Of a stretch of 64,000 bases of DNA, positions 27,107-36,156 are shown one piece after another. A model generated the notes under the pieces. The model was not told the origin of the DNA. It did not search any database and saw nothing but the letters and a program-made list of their open reading frames with translations. A program made the position numbers and the translations under genes. The first letter of the stretch is position 1, and every line of letters begins with the position of its first letter. The stretch is from IMG/VR virus record IMGVR_UViG_3300039008_000031, positions 1-64,000 of that record; one strand, given 5' to 3'. The DNA comes from a virus.

Positions 27107-27443
27107 AAAGAAGTTGAAAGACCTTTTGAGACATAAAGGGGACAGTTTTCCGGTAGTCTTTAAGGTAATGACCTTAGACCCAGAAGACGGTGAACAGAAA
27201 GTGGAAGACATCACAGGATGGACCTTTGTGATGCTGATCAACAACAAACCTGAGCTGGTACAGGGAGTACCTGCAACAACTGTTCCCGGAACCATTTCAG
27301 TTGGTACCGATGGTAAGGTTTCCTTTTTGGTTCCCGGTACTTTTGATGTTGGGACTTTTTACTATCAAATCCGCTCTACAAACCTTGCTGGCCATGTACG
27401 GACCCAAGGTGAAGGTAAATTGATCGTGAATAACTCCTTCTGA
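27099..27443 (+). CDS. Ig-like / beta-sandwich small protein (114 aa), possible decoration or fibre accessory protein
   Basis: The sequence shows alternating beta-strand patterns (FPVVFKVMTLD, WTFVMLINN, GKVSFLVPG, YYQIRSTN, GKLIVNN). The call rests on composition only. Confidence 0.35.
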   Translation: MTEKKLKDLLRHKGDSFPVVFKVMTLDPEDGEQKVEDITGWTFVMLINNKPELVQGVPATTVPGTISVGTDGKVSFLVPGTFDVGTFYYQIRSTNLAGHVRTQGEGKLIVNNSF

Positions 27444-27444
27444 G

Positions 27445-27747
27445 GTGACAAAGATGCTTCCAATCTCTCCAGTACGTCAGCTGACACCTGCCGACATTCG
27501 TAGTCCTTATGACACTTACCGAGCAATTGCTGAAGTAGATGGGGAACCTCTGTTCATACATATGTCGGGAACCAAATGGACCAAGGATACAACATATTCT
27601 TGGTCTGGTTCCCGGCCTCAGTTTTCAAGACTAAAACGTCTGTATCCTCAGATCTGTGATGGTTTTTCTTTGGTTTGTATTATTGACCTTCAAGAAGGAA
27701 AAACCTATGGAAACGACCTCTGTTCTGCCGAAGAACTACCCAGCTAA
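27445..27747 (+). CDS. Hypothetical protein (100 aa)
   Basis: The ORF starts 2 nt after the upstream stop. Confidence 0.45.
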   Translation: MTKMLPISPVRQLTPADIRSPYDTYRAIAEVDGEPLFIHMSGTKWTKDTTYSWSGSRPQFSRLKRLYPQICDGFSLVCIIDLQEGKTYGNDLCSAEELPS

Positions 27748-28162
27748 CCTTCCTCTTGCTTTGCAGGTTCGATTGTACCCAAACGGAATGACTACAGTCG
27801 TAATCGACAAAGACTTCCCTACACCAAAACCGAAAGATGCGGCCCAAGATGAGTTTTTCTCTCTTGGATCTGTTTTCTGTCATCCACGTTTGGTGGACAT
27901 TATCGCAAGACATGTCGCTTACTGGGATCGTCCCCAATATGGGGAAATGAGAAACATGCCGAATGACGAACACGCAAGAGAATCTTGCTACCGTCGGCTC
28001 CGTGATGGTCAGCGATTCGAATTAGACAGGGCTATAGAGGGGGCCTTGCTCGACTTCTTTGAAGTACATCTTCTGAGAAGACACCCTACCCTCAAAACCA
28101 AACCCCAACTTCGGGGGCCAGATAAATGGCACCCGAGTCAAAACATTGATTGGAACGTATAA
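27707..28162 (+). CDS. Hypothetical protein (151 aa)
   Basis: Start refined to ATG 27707 (METTSVLPKNYP...), preceded by AAGGAAAAACCT. Confidence 0.55.
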   Translation: METTSVLPKNYPANLPLALQVRLYPNGMTTVVIDKDFPTPKPKDAAQDEFFSLGSVFCHPRLVDIIARHVAYWDRPQYGEMRNMPNDEHARESCYRRLRDGQRFELDRAIEGALLDFFEVHLLRRHPTLKTKPQLRGPDKWHPSQNIDWNV

Positions 28163-28722
28163 TGTTTCTCCAACATCTGAACGAAGCCTCCCATATGGGC
28201 GTGGCAGAATTCATCAAAGTCATGGGCGCAAACCGTGACTTCTACTTCTGGGCAACCACGCTGGTGCCGGAAGAAACCAAAGAACTGAAGGCTGAACTGG
28301 AAGCCGAACAGGTCGATATGGCGAAAGTTCTAAAAGAACTGGCTGATCTGAACTATGTCCTGATCGGGATGTATCAGACGATGCCTGCCAACCCGCAATT
28401 CCTGCTGTCGGAGGACATGAACCAAGAAGTTGAAAACGCACTGACCGAAGCCTATAAGGCTGCTGCAGATGCAATCAACGGTCACATGGTTCCGATACAA
28501 CTGTTGGACAAAGCCATTGCTGTTGTTCATGAATCCAACATGTCGAAGCTGGGCGAAGACGGTAAACCGATTCGTCGTGAAGACGGTAAGGTCATGAAAG
28601 GTCCGAACTACAAGGCACCTGACATGGTTCCGCTGGCGGAAGAACTGAAACAGTTTGTGGCAGATCTGCCCAAAAACACCGCAAAAGCAGCAGGGATGGT
28701 AGGTAATGAAACCAGTCACTGA
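28162..28722 (+). CDS. MazG-family nucleoside triphosphate pyrophosphohydrolase
   Basis: Start refined to ATG 28162 (TAATG overlap with the upstream stop). It has MazG-like helices (KELADLNYVLIG) and VHESNMSKLGEDGKPIRREDGKVMKGPNY. Confidence 0.7.
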   Translation: MFLQHLNEASHMGVAEFIKVMGANRDFYFWATTLVPEETKELKAELEAEQVDMAKVLKELADLNYVLIGMYQTMPANPQFLLSEDMNQEVENALTEAYKAAADAINGHMVPIQLLDKAIAVVHESNMSKLGEDGKPIRREDGKVMKGPNYKAPDMVPLAEELKQFVADLPKNTAKAAGMVGNETSH

Positions 28723-29023
28723 TGCTGACTTTCAACAGGTCGTCCGGGAACATCTGGACGGTCCTGTTGTTGTGAAGTTCCATGCTGAGTGGTGTAACCC
28801 TTGCAAGGACTTTGCACCTTTGGTCGATGAATTGGCCAAATACTACGAAGACAATATTCTGTTTGTCTCTTGCGATGTTGACCAAGCTCAAAAAATTGCC
28901 TCGGAGCTGAACATTCGCACCGTGCCTTCATTGGCACTGTTTTCGGACGGTATGGTCCGGGACATCTTAGTTGGACGACACCCCAAAAGTGAAGTTCGCC
29001 AGTGGATCAACGAATCCGTGTGA
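28706..29023 (+). CDS. trxA: Thioredoxin
   Basis: The active site FHAEWCNPCKDFAP contains the WCxPC motif. At 105 aa, it has typical thioredoxin length and layout. Confidence 0.9.
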   Translation: MKPVTDADFQQVVREHLDGPVVVKFHAEWCNPCKDFAPLVDELAKYYEDNILFVSCDVDQAQKIASELNIRTVPSLALFSDGMVRDILVGRHPKSEVRQWINESV

Positions 29024-29036
29024 TCTACTAAGGAAA

Positions 29037-29066
29037 CTCCCACATTTTGTGGGGGTTTTTCTTTTT
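29037..29066 (+). terminator. Rho-independent terminator
   Basis: The stem CTCCCACA / TGTGGGGG has one G-U pair and is followed by TTTTTCTTTTT. Confidence 0.7.
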
Positions 29067-29277
29067 ATCATTTAAAATTTCGCAAACTTCCTAGTAACTG
29101 TGAATGCTTGTTTTTACTTCTTACAGTTTCTATTAAATCTTATCCTTTTGAATGAGACCTCATACGAGAATATGTACGAAGGCCGCTTCACACTGGAGCT
29201 TGAAAAAGAAGTTTAAACCTTTTCTTTTTTGGTTTTCTCGTAGAGAACCAGAAATCACATAAACCAAAGGAAGAGTT

Positions 29278-29511
29278 ATGGATCGAATCCTATTCTCTAT
29301 TCTGGCCACGGTCTGTCTGCTGGTAGGGGTTGCAATGCAATTTCCTCAAGCTGCTCCGATGTTGCCTGCTTCGTTTGGTGCTGAGATCGTGAGTCATCAA
29401 GAAGATGCCGAACGATTGTGTAGCACCAGTCATATTGAATCCCTCAAGATGACTGTTTCTTCTGATCTGCTGGATCCGCCGTATTTCGAGGTGGGCTGGC
29501 AAAGCACCTGA
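29278..29511 (+). CDS. Small secreted or membrane-anchored protein (77 aa)
   Basis: The start is preceded by AAACCAAAGGAAGAG. The N-terminus is signal-like (ILFSILATVCLLVGVAMQ). Confidence 0.55.
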   Translation: MDRILFSILATVCLLVGVAMQFPQAAPMLPASFGAEIVSHQEDAERLCSTSHIESLKMTVSSDLLDPPYFEVGWQST

Positions 29512-29572
29512 CAGACCTTTAGACTGGTCATTTATAGTGCCTAATTGAAGATGGTTTCCTATCCATCTTATG

Positions 29573-29615
29573 CCCCTCCCTGAGTATACAACTCAGGTGA
29601 GGGGTTTTCTTTTTT
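29573..29615 (+). terminator. Rho-independent terminator
   Basis: The 13-bp stem CCCCTCCCTGAGT / ACTCAGGTGAGGGG has one bulge and is followed by TTTTCTTTTTT. Confidence 0.75.
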
Positions 29616-29641
29616 GGTTTATTTAGAGGGAGTTAAACCAA
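29614..29641 (+). promoter_or_regulatory. 8-bp inverted repeat enclosing the rIIA ribosome-binding site
   Basis: TTGGTTTA (29614-29621) pairs with TAAACCAA (29634-29641). The loop contains the SD GAGGGA, and the 3' arm ends on the A of the ATG. Confidence 0.5.
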
Positions 29642-32250
29642 TGGAAGTAATGAACGGCACCGAATTTGAACAAACGGAAGTCCTCATTGGCCAACAAGGC
29701 GAAACTGAAGCAATGGGTGTGTCTGATGACCCCATGCTTATGTCCATGCTCTCCACCGGCCTGTACAAGCGTCCGTTGCGGACAATGATTCAAGAGATCA
29801 TGTTCAATGCGTGGGATGCTCACCGGATGGCCGGTATTCAGGACACCACTCCCATCGACATCTGGATCAATGACACCTCCGGTCTGATCGTGCGTGATTA
29901 TGGTCCCGGCATCCCGGACAGTGAGATCCACCCGATTTACTGTATTTACGGTAACTCGACCAAACGGAAGAACGATAACCAGACTGGTGGTTTCGGTCTT
30001 GGTTCGAAGTCTCCGTTTGCCTACACCGAAAGCTTCACCGTTACCTCCCATCACGGTGGAAAGAAAAACATGTACCTGATTTCCCGAGCCAATGATGACA
30101 ATGGTGGGAAACCGGGCCGGACCACCATTCTGAAAGGCATCGACACTGAAGAAAAGGGTCTGATGGTCGTAGTTCCTCTGAAAGACCAGAAGGACATGTT
30201 GCGGACCTATGAGCACATCAAGGACGTTCTGTTCCTGTCCGGTATCAAAGCCAACATCTACTTTGAACAAAACGGTGAAACTCATCATGACCTGATCGAA
30301 GCTGAAAGTGTCGATGAAGGGTCATTCTTCGTAGATGACGACCAAACTGCTAATTCCTGGTTCCGTCTCTGGGCTGTCTACGGTGGCGTTCGATACGAGA
30401 TCGAACATGACGATAAGTTTGATGAAGAGTGGGAATTCCTTCATAGCATGGCTGGCCGTATTGGTCAGATCTATATTGGTTTCCCTCCGAACAGCCTGAC
30501 ACCCTTGCCCAACCGGGAAGGTTTGAACATGTCTGAAAAGACCGTGGAAAACATCCGGGTACGGATGGAAAACATGGTGGACAGTTTCAAGGAAATGATC
30601 CTTCCGGCTGCCAAGGCCCTCATCAAATCGGCTGTAGAAGGTCAAAAAGACTCTGGGATTCAGCCCCAGTTCTTGGCCTATAAGATCATGAACTTTGGTT
30701 CTAATGGTTTGCATGACTGGATGGCTGAAGAGCGTATCAAACTGACACACGACCGGGTTGAAGCTGCTCTGGAACAGTCTGCGTCCAAACAGATTGCTGC
30801 CTCTTTGGCTCGTCTATGTAAGGATAGCCCCCGGTCCATGAAGGATCTGGTGGGTAATGAGATCTGGCAGAAATACATCGAGCTGGAATTCTCTAAGCAG
30901 ATCCCCGAAGGACGAAAGTATCTTGTGGCCAATATACGGTACCATCGCTCCATCTACCGAGGAATTGATGCTTCAATTACGGATCTTCACACTCCTACAG
31001 TATTCCGTGACCTTCATATTGCCTTTGGCAAGGTAATGGAGGCTCTCAACCACGAGAAGGGCTTGGAGCCTTCTGTCCGTATCGAGGTAGGTGACAAGTG
31101 GCGTAAAGCCAACTGGACTCGTGGTGGTGGAGTAGCCCGTAAAACAAAAACCACAGCAGAAAAAATTGCTGTCCATGAGGCTTTGGCGAAAGGTAAAAAG
31201 AACGTTGCTTCCAAACCCCGAGTCTTCCCAACCCGGATGTGGGACGGTCTGAACGGTGAAGAACTGAAAGGTATGCTCATGATGGAGAAGACCATCATTG
31301 TGGCAAAGACTGTATCTGCTCTGAGCGAAACCCAGTTCAACATGGAACACCACTTCTGTCCTTTCAACAAAGAACAGCGTTGGCATAGTCCTTTCCGGTC
31401 TAGTTCATATCGCTACAGCACCCACTATGGGTTGGCTCCTGCAATGGTGATCCACCAGAAGAAAGGGGCATATGATACCGCTGTCCAAGTGCTAAAAGAC
31501 TTGGGCTACATGGTGATCGAAGCCAATGAACCAGAGAAGAAAGTACGTGCTACTCAGGCTCTGCCTGATACACCCAAGCTTCTTCCTTCGTTCCCTCGTC
31601 TTCGCTACTCCCCCTATAATAACGATTGGGGGACCGGTGAAGAGATCGAAGATCCGAAACACTACGTTTATCTGACGCAGCAGATGGTTGGAAGCTACCG
31701 TTCTCGGGAACATCCTTCTTCGGATCTGGCTCGTTGGATGCAGAAGAACTTGGAAAACATTGTTCTGGTGAACTCCAAAGCACGCATCCCGACTGTGGAA
31801 AGATTGGGTGCCAAACCTGCAAGTCTGGTTCTGCATCAGAAGGCCAAACGGCTTCTGAAACAAACTGACCGGCTGGAACAATTGGCAGCCCATGCCTTTG
31901 TGGAGAAGAACTCCAATCTTCCTCCTGAGTTGTTGGCAATCCCTGAGATCCAAAAACTCTTTGGCATTAAGTATCTGCGAACCAAACAGGTTAATGCCTT
32001 CCGGGAGACTCGTCGGTTCTTGAGCATGATGGGTGTTGAACGCTGGCACGAAGTATCTGAAATTGGGCGAGAGTGTAAGGAAGCGATCAGTAATGCTCGT
32101 AACTCTGTAGACCTCAACCAAGCTACTGAAATGTGTCAGCGTACTAAGGCATTCTCCGAACATGAGCTGAAGCTTCGTATTCAGAGAATGAAACCGGGAG
32201 AGATGAAAATGTTCTCCCAAAAGGTGGCCCGCTTCTTGCGGACCATCTAA
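29641..32250 (+). CDS. rIIA: rIIA-like protein (GHKL ATPase fold)
   Basis: Start refined to ATG 29641. GHKL-type boxes are present: FNAWDAH, VRDYGPGIP and GGFGLGSKSPF. The product is 869 aa and is followed by an rIIB-like gene. Confidence 0.75.
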   Translation: MEVMNGTEFEQTEVLIGQQGETEAMGVSDDPMLMSMLSTGLYKRPLRTMIQEIMFNAWDAHRMAGIQDTTPIDIWINDTSGLIVRDYGPGIPDSEIHPIYCIYGNSTKRKNDNQTGGFGLGSKSPFAYTESFTVTSHHGGKKNMYLISRANDDNGGKPGRTTILKGIDTEEKGLMVVVPLKDQKDMLRTYEHIKDVLFLSGIKANIYFEQNGETHHDLIEAESVDEGSFFVDDDQTANSWFRLWAVYGGVRYEIEHDDKFDEEWEFLHSMAGRIGQIYIGFPPNSLTPLPNREGLNMSEKTVENIRVRMENMVDSFKEMILPAAKALIKSAVEGQKDSGIQPQFLAYKIMNFGSNGLHDWMAEERIKLTHDRVEAALEQSASKQIAASLARLCKDSPRSMKDLVGNEIWQKYIELEFSKQIPEGRKYLVANIRYHRSIYRGIDASITDLHTPTVFRDLHIAFGKVMEALNHEKGLEPSVRIEVGDKWRKANWTRGGGVARKTKTTAEKIAVHEALAKGKKNVASKPRVFPTRMWDGLNGEELKGMLMMEKTIIVAKTVSALSETQFNMEHHFCPFNKEQRWHSPFRSSSYRYSTHYGLAPAMVIHQKKGAYDTAVQVLKDLGYMVIEANEPEKKVRATQALPDTPKLLPSFPRLRYSPYNNDWGTGEEIEDPKHYVYLTQQMVGSYRSREHPSSDLARWMQKNLENIVLVNSKARIPTVERLGAKPASLVLHQKAKRLLKQTDRLEQLAAHAFVEKNSNLPPELLAIPEIQKLFGIKYLRTKQVNAFRETRRFLSMMGVERWHEVSEIGRECKEAISNARNSVDLNQATEMCQRTKAFSEHELKLRIQRMKPGEMKMFSQKVARFLRTI

Positions 32251-32278
32251 TCCAAACCAAGCAAAGAAAGATTAACCT

Positions 32279-34030
32279 ATGTCCAATGACATCAAACAGG
32301 TTGTGTCTATGTTGGCCGGAGAGCAGAAGATCACGCTTTTCACCATGACCGGTGAAGTGCTGGATCTGAAGAACGATGGCCCCCATGACACTGCCAAAAT
32401 CTCCGAATTCCTCGCACCCAAGCTGACCGGCACCGGTGCTGTGGAAATCAACCTGCGTGAGTATCTGACGATTGTCGATGCTCTGGGTGGTGAGAACCCT
32501 GAATATGAAGAAGAAGGGGTGATCAAAGTCGTCATGATCGACGGCAAGGAAGTGAAAGGCATCTTCTACCCTGAAAAGGTGAAGGTGACTGTTCAACACA
32601 AAGGGGAAGAAGTTGAAATCCCCAAGGCGGATAAACTCACCAAGCACATGAAACGTGCCAAGGACGAGAACTCCCCTGCTGTGCGTAACTTCCTGCGTCG
32701 TATGGTCAGTGTGGCTAAGGACCGTCGTCACTCGGCTGAAGACCTGATGGACTTCATCGAAAAATCGAACCTGCCTCTGACCAACGATGGCCGGATCATC
32801 GGCTATAAGCGTGTGAATGCACACCCGACGAAACCGGGGATCTTCGTTGACTGCTACTCTGGTTCTGTTGAACAGCGTGTTGGTACTCGTGTGTGGATGG
32901 ATGTGGACGGTGTTGACCCGAACCGCAACCAGTCCTGCTCGCATGGTCTACATGTCGGCAATCTGGGTTACATGGGTGGTTTCCACCGTGGCCAACCGAC
33001 TCTGATCGTTCTGGTTGATCCTGAAGACTTCATCGCTGTGCCTCATCGTGAGACCACCAAATGCCGTGTCTGTGCATACGACATCGTGGGCATCATGACC
33101 GGCACCCAGTCGGACACCATCGACAGTGGCAACCACGTCGAAGGCGATGGCAGCTTTGATGCTCTGATCGCTGGCATCATCGAAGGTCGTTACCAGAAAC
33201 CGTTTGAGGCGGTGAAGGTTGGCAAGAAGTGTATGCTGGAAACCAAGCTTCTGACTGCTGAAGATGCAGTCCGTGAGCTGGACACCGCAGAGCAAGCCTC
33301 TGTGGACACTGTTGCTGCTTCGGGCAAGGCTCTGCAAGAAGACGCCACCAACACCAAGAAAGACGTTGTAGGTGCTACTAAACGGGCTAAGGCTGAACAA
33401 CAGGGTAAGAACATTTGGGACGATGCTCCGGCAGAAGTCATCACTGTGTTCGAAGCACTGCACAAAGGCAAAGAGTCCAAGGCTCAAATTGCACGTGACA
33501 ACAACACCTCGACCCGGACCATGCAGCGTTGGCAGGAGAAGTATGACTTCGACGGCTGGGCCAAGAAGACTGGTGAACGCTTTGACATCTACTACGATGG
33601 CAAGGCCAACATCAATCTGATCAAGGCCCATCGTTCGGTCATGCGTACCGGCCTGAAAGAGGCCAAAGAAGCTGTGGAAGCCGGTGGGCTGCTGTTCGAG
33701 AACATCACCGCACAGGATGTGGATGAAGTGACCCGGATCGTCGGCCAGATCGGTCTTGTGATCGTTCAGCATGGCTCCACCCCGGTACCGGAACAGCCTG
33801 AAACCAAGGAGGAAACCTCTGCTCCGAAGGCTCCGGCCAAGAAGGGTGGTATCCGTGAACAGGGGCAAGACCTGTATGGTGCTTGGCAGAAAGCCGGTGG
33901 TGAAGCTAGTGCAGAAACGTTCCAACATCTTCTGGACTTCAAGAAAGCGAAGAAAAAAGGTTGGGCTTCTCTGGGCTTCAATGCTGTTCAGATCAAGAAG
34001 ATCGAACGTGCAACCAATAAGCTGGGCTAA
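32279..34030 (+). CDS. rIIB: rIIB-like protein with a C-terminal HTH and ribosomal L7/L12-CTD-like extension
   Basis: The core assignment is by position directly after rIIA plus the conserved-looking core GRIIGYKRV...SCSHGLHVGN...IVLVDPEDFIAVPH. The C-terminal segments are described under findings. Confidence 0.5.
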   Translation: MSNDIKQVVSMLAGEQKITLFTMTGEVLDLKNDGPHDTAKISEFLAPKLTGTGAVEINLREYLTIVDALGGENPEYEEEGVIKVVMIDGKEVKGIFYPEKVKVTVQHKGEEVEIPKADKLTKHMKRAKDENSPAVRNFLRRMVSVAKDRRHSAEDLMDFIEKSNLPLTNDGRIIGYKRVNAHPTKPGIFVDCYSGSVEQRVGTRVWMDVDGVDPNRNQSCSHGLHVGNLGYMGGFHRGQPTLIVLVDPEDFIAVPHRETTKCRVCAYDIVGIMTGTQSDTIDSGNHVEGDGSFDALIAGIIEGRYQKPFEAVKVGKKCMLETKLLTAEDAVRELDTAEQASVDTVAASGKALQEDATNTKKDVVGATKRAKAEQQGKNIWDDAPAEVITVFEALHKGKESKAQIARDNNTSTRTMQRWQEKYDFDGWAKKTGERFDIYYDGKANINLIKAHRSVMRTGLKEAKEAVEAGGLLFENITAQDVDEVTRIVGQIGLVIVQHGSTPVPEQPETKEETSAPKAPAKKGGIREQGQDLYGAWQKAGGEASAETFQHLLDFKKAKKKGWASLGFNAVQIKKIERATNKLG

Positions 34031-34090
34031 TCATCCAGCCACTGGATAGTGAGGAACCGACCCCCTTGAAAACCCCTCACTAACTGGGAA

Positions 34091-34153
34091 CCTCCACGAG
34101 TACGGACCCCAAGTCCTGCGTCTTCGGACTGCTCGTGGAGGTTTTTCTTTTTT
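34091..34153 (+). terminator. Rho-independent terminator (compound hairpin)
   Basis: The 10-bp outer stem CCTCCACGAG / CTCGTGGAGG encloses an inner AGTCC...GGACT hairpin and is followed by TTTTTCTTTTTT. Confidence 0.8.
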
Positions 34154-34173
34154 GGTTTTTCAAGGAGATAATC

Positions 34174-34629
34174 ATGACCAACGCAGACGATATTTTGACT
34201 TTCATCGAAGATGATTGGACACCGCCAGATACCGTATCCCGAAACCTAAAGGAGATCCTTTGGTTTGGTATGGATGATGGCCAAGTGTACACCAGTCATA
34301 TCGAAGTCATTGATCCTGATGAATCCAACGAAGAACGTTGGGGGATTCTCAGCTTCGAAGAATTCTACGGTGATCTGAGCTTCTCGATCCAAGAAACCTT
34401 GGAAAAGCACTTCCCTGATTTTGGGTATTTCCGCATGGAAGGTGCGGACATGGCCCATGGTCAGGATAGTTGGACAGGAGAAGGTTGGTCTGAATTCTAC
34501 CCCGGAGAAATCCGCCCTGCCACACTCTCGGAAATCCGAGAATATTTTGGCGAGAAGATCACTCCATTGGTTTTCTGGGATCAGCTGAAAGCTGCTTTCT
34601 GTGCTGCCCGACATATGGAGAACTTCTGA
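34174..34629 (+). CDS. Hypothetical acidic protein (151 aa)
   Basis: Start refined to ATG 34174, 7 nt after AAGGAG (MTNADDILTFIEDDW...). Confidence 0.6.
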   Translation: MTNADDILTFIEDDWTPPDTVSRNLKEILWFGMDDGQVYTSHIEVIDPDESNEERWGILSFEEFYGDLSFSIQETLEKHFPDFGYFRMEGADMAHGQDSWTGEGWSEFYPGEIRPATLSEIREYFGEKITPLVFWDQLKAAFCAARHMENF

Positions 34630-34726
34630 TGTTCCCTATCCCGAAACTCTGGTACGAAATGCTTCCTAAGCATTTGAAACCACTCTATTTCCCGGCTCCG
34701 CTGGGTTTCTTCTAAAGGAGAAGAAT

Positions 34727-35305
34727 ATGTTTCAACGAGGAGATTTCGTCCGGCTCAATCGTGGCTGGACGTTCATGGTTGTATTGAATGTTGATCACCG
34801 TACCGGTGAGTTGACTGCCAAATACGCCAGCAAATGGGCACCTTCTATGTCCGATTTCCACCAACCCCAATATGCTGACGGCTGCCAACGTCGTCACTAC
34901 ACTGGCTTCTCCCGCTGGGATGGGGCCATTCCCAAACACATGAAAGATTTCCCCATGCCCACTTCCACCAAATACCTTACCTCCGATGGCCGTGAAGGCT
35001 ACTTCGTCAACAATGCTGGCTCCGATTCGGTCGTACTGAACATGGGTGACGCCCAAAACGAAAAGCTGGAACTCTTTGGTCGTTCCTCTCTGACTGAAAT
35101 TCTGCCCTACACTTTCTCGGTGAAAGCTGTCGGTTCGAACTACAAGTGTCATTACGAGGCACCGGTGATGAAGAAGCCGATCACAGTTGGTGACATGCTG
35201 CTGTCTGACAGCGGCAATCTGTACGTCGTACAGAAGATCAACACCCAATACCGTCATCCGAAGGCGGTTTTCAAAGGCCGTCGTGTCAAACTGACAGACA
35301 TCTAA
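34727..35305 (+). CDS. Hypothetical protein (192 aa)
   Basis: The SD is AAAGGAG. The N- and C-terminal segments look SH3/KOW-like (GDFVRLNRGW; GDMLLSDSGNLYVV). No function is assigned. Confidence 0.6.
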   Translation: MFQRGDFVRLNRGWTFMVVLNVDHRTGELTAKYASKWAPSMSDFHQPQYADGCQRRHYTGFSRWDGAIPKHMKDFPMPTSTKYLTSDGREGYFVNNAGSDSVVLNMGDAQNEKLELFGRSSLTEILPYTFSVKAVGSNYKCHYEAPVMKKPITVGDMLLSDSGNLYVVQKINTQYRHPKAVFKGRRVKLTDI

Positions 35306-35321
35306 ACCAAGGAAAGAACTG

Positions 35322-35654
35322 ATGAAAATCTCCACCGTGACTGACCGCAGGCAGCAGATCTTTGACAGAATCATGTGCAAAGTAAAGATCAACAAAAACA
35401 CTGGCTGCTGGGAATGGCAAGGTGGAGATAGCGGTTCTGGACGTGGAGGCGGCTATGGTCGAATGTCTCTTGATGGTCATACTGTAGCCGTCCACATTGT
35501 CATGTTCGTTAACTTCTTTGGTTTGGTTCCCGGTAACAAGCAGGTGGATCATGAGTGTAACAACCGGAAATGTTGTAACCCTGATCATCTGAAGCTTGTA
35601 ACCCACAAACAAAACCAAAGACTTAGAGTAGCCAGAGCAAGGGTAAAAACATGA
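35322..35654 (+). CDS. HNH homing-type endonuclease
   Basis: It carries CWEWQGG...GYGRM...AVHIVMF...VDHECNNRKCCNPDHLKLVTHKQN, which is the HNH_3 pattern. Confidence 0.8.
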   Translation: MKISTVTDRRQQIFDRIMCKVKINKNTGCWEWQGGDSGSGRGGGYGRMSLDGHTVAVHIVMFVNFFGLVPGNKQVDHECNNRKCCNPDHLKLVTHKQNQRLRVARARVKT

Positions 35655-36154
35655 TTTATGCTGGAATCGGTGCAAGGAGTACCCCCGATGAAATTCTCGA
35701 ACTCATGCAACGTGCAGCTAAGGGACTATCAAATCTCGGCTATACGCTCCGTTCTGGAGGGGCAAAAGGCGCAGATTCTGCTTTCGAGGCCGGGGTTTCG
35801 GACCCAAATCTCAAGGAGATATTTCTACCTTTCCAAAGGTTTAATGGAAACGAATCTCCAAGATTTGGAACGTGTCGTAGTGCTCGACTCATTGCCAAAG
35901 AATTTCACCCCAACTGGCCGAATCTCGGGTGTCGGGGCAGGGACTTCATGGCACGGAATGCCTACCAAATCCTTGGGCAAAATCTTAAACGCCCCGCAGA
36001 TTTCGTTCTGTGCTGGACACCAAACGGGAAGGTGGTGGGAGGCACAGGCCAAGCACTTCGTATGGCCGCCCATTTCCAAATTCCGGTGTTCAACTTCGCT
36101 GTCATGGCTCCGAATGAGATCAATGACGAAATTTACCGACTGGGAGACCTATAA
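35651..36154 (+). CDS. Rossmann-fold SLOG/DprA-like nucleotide-binding protein
   Basis: The segment IYAGIGARSTP...LRSGGAKGADSAFEAG matches the GGAxGAD signature of DprA/LOG-type (SLOG) folds as I recall it. The exact family is not determined. Confidence 0.45.
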   Translation: MIYAGIGARSTPDEILELMQRAAKGLSNLGYTLRSGGAKGADSAFEAGVSDPNLKEIFLPFQRFNGNESPRFGTCRSARLIAKEFHPNWPNLGCRGRDFMARNAYQILGQNLKRPADFVLCWTPNGKVVGGTGQALRMAAHFQIPVFNFAVMAPNEINDEIYRLGDL

Positions 36155-36156
36155 CC

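Noticed and set aside
29148-29176. A sigma70-like promoter TTGAAT-N17-TATGTA.
   Set aside because: It is a single match in an AT-rich stretch and is expected by chance. In N4-like phages host RNAP is thought to serve the late (minus-strand) genes. It is kept only as a note within a finding.
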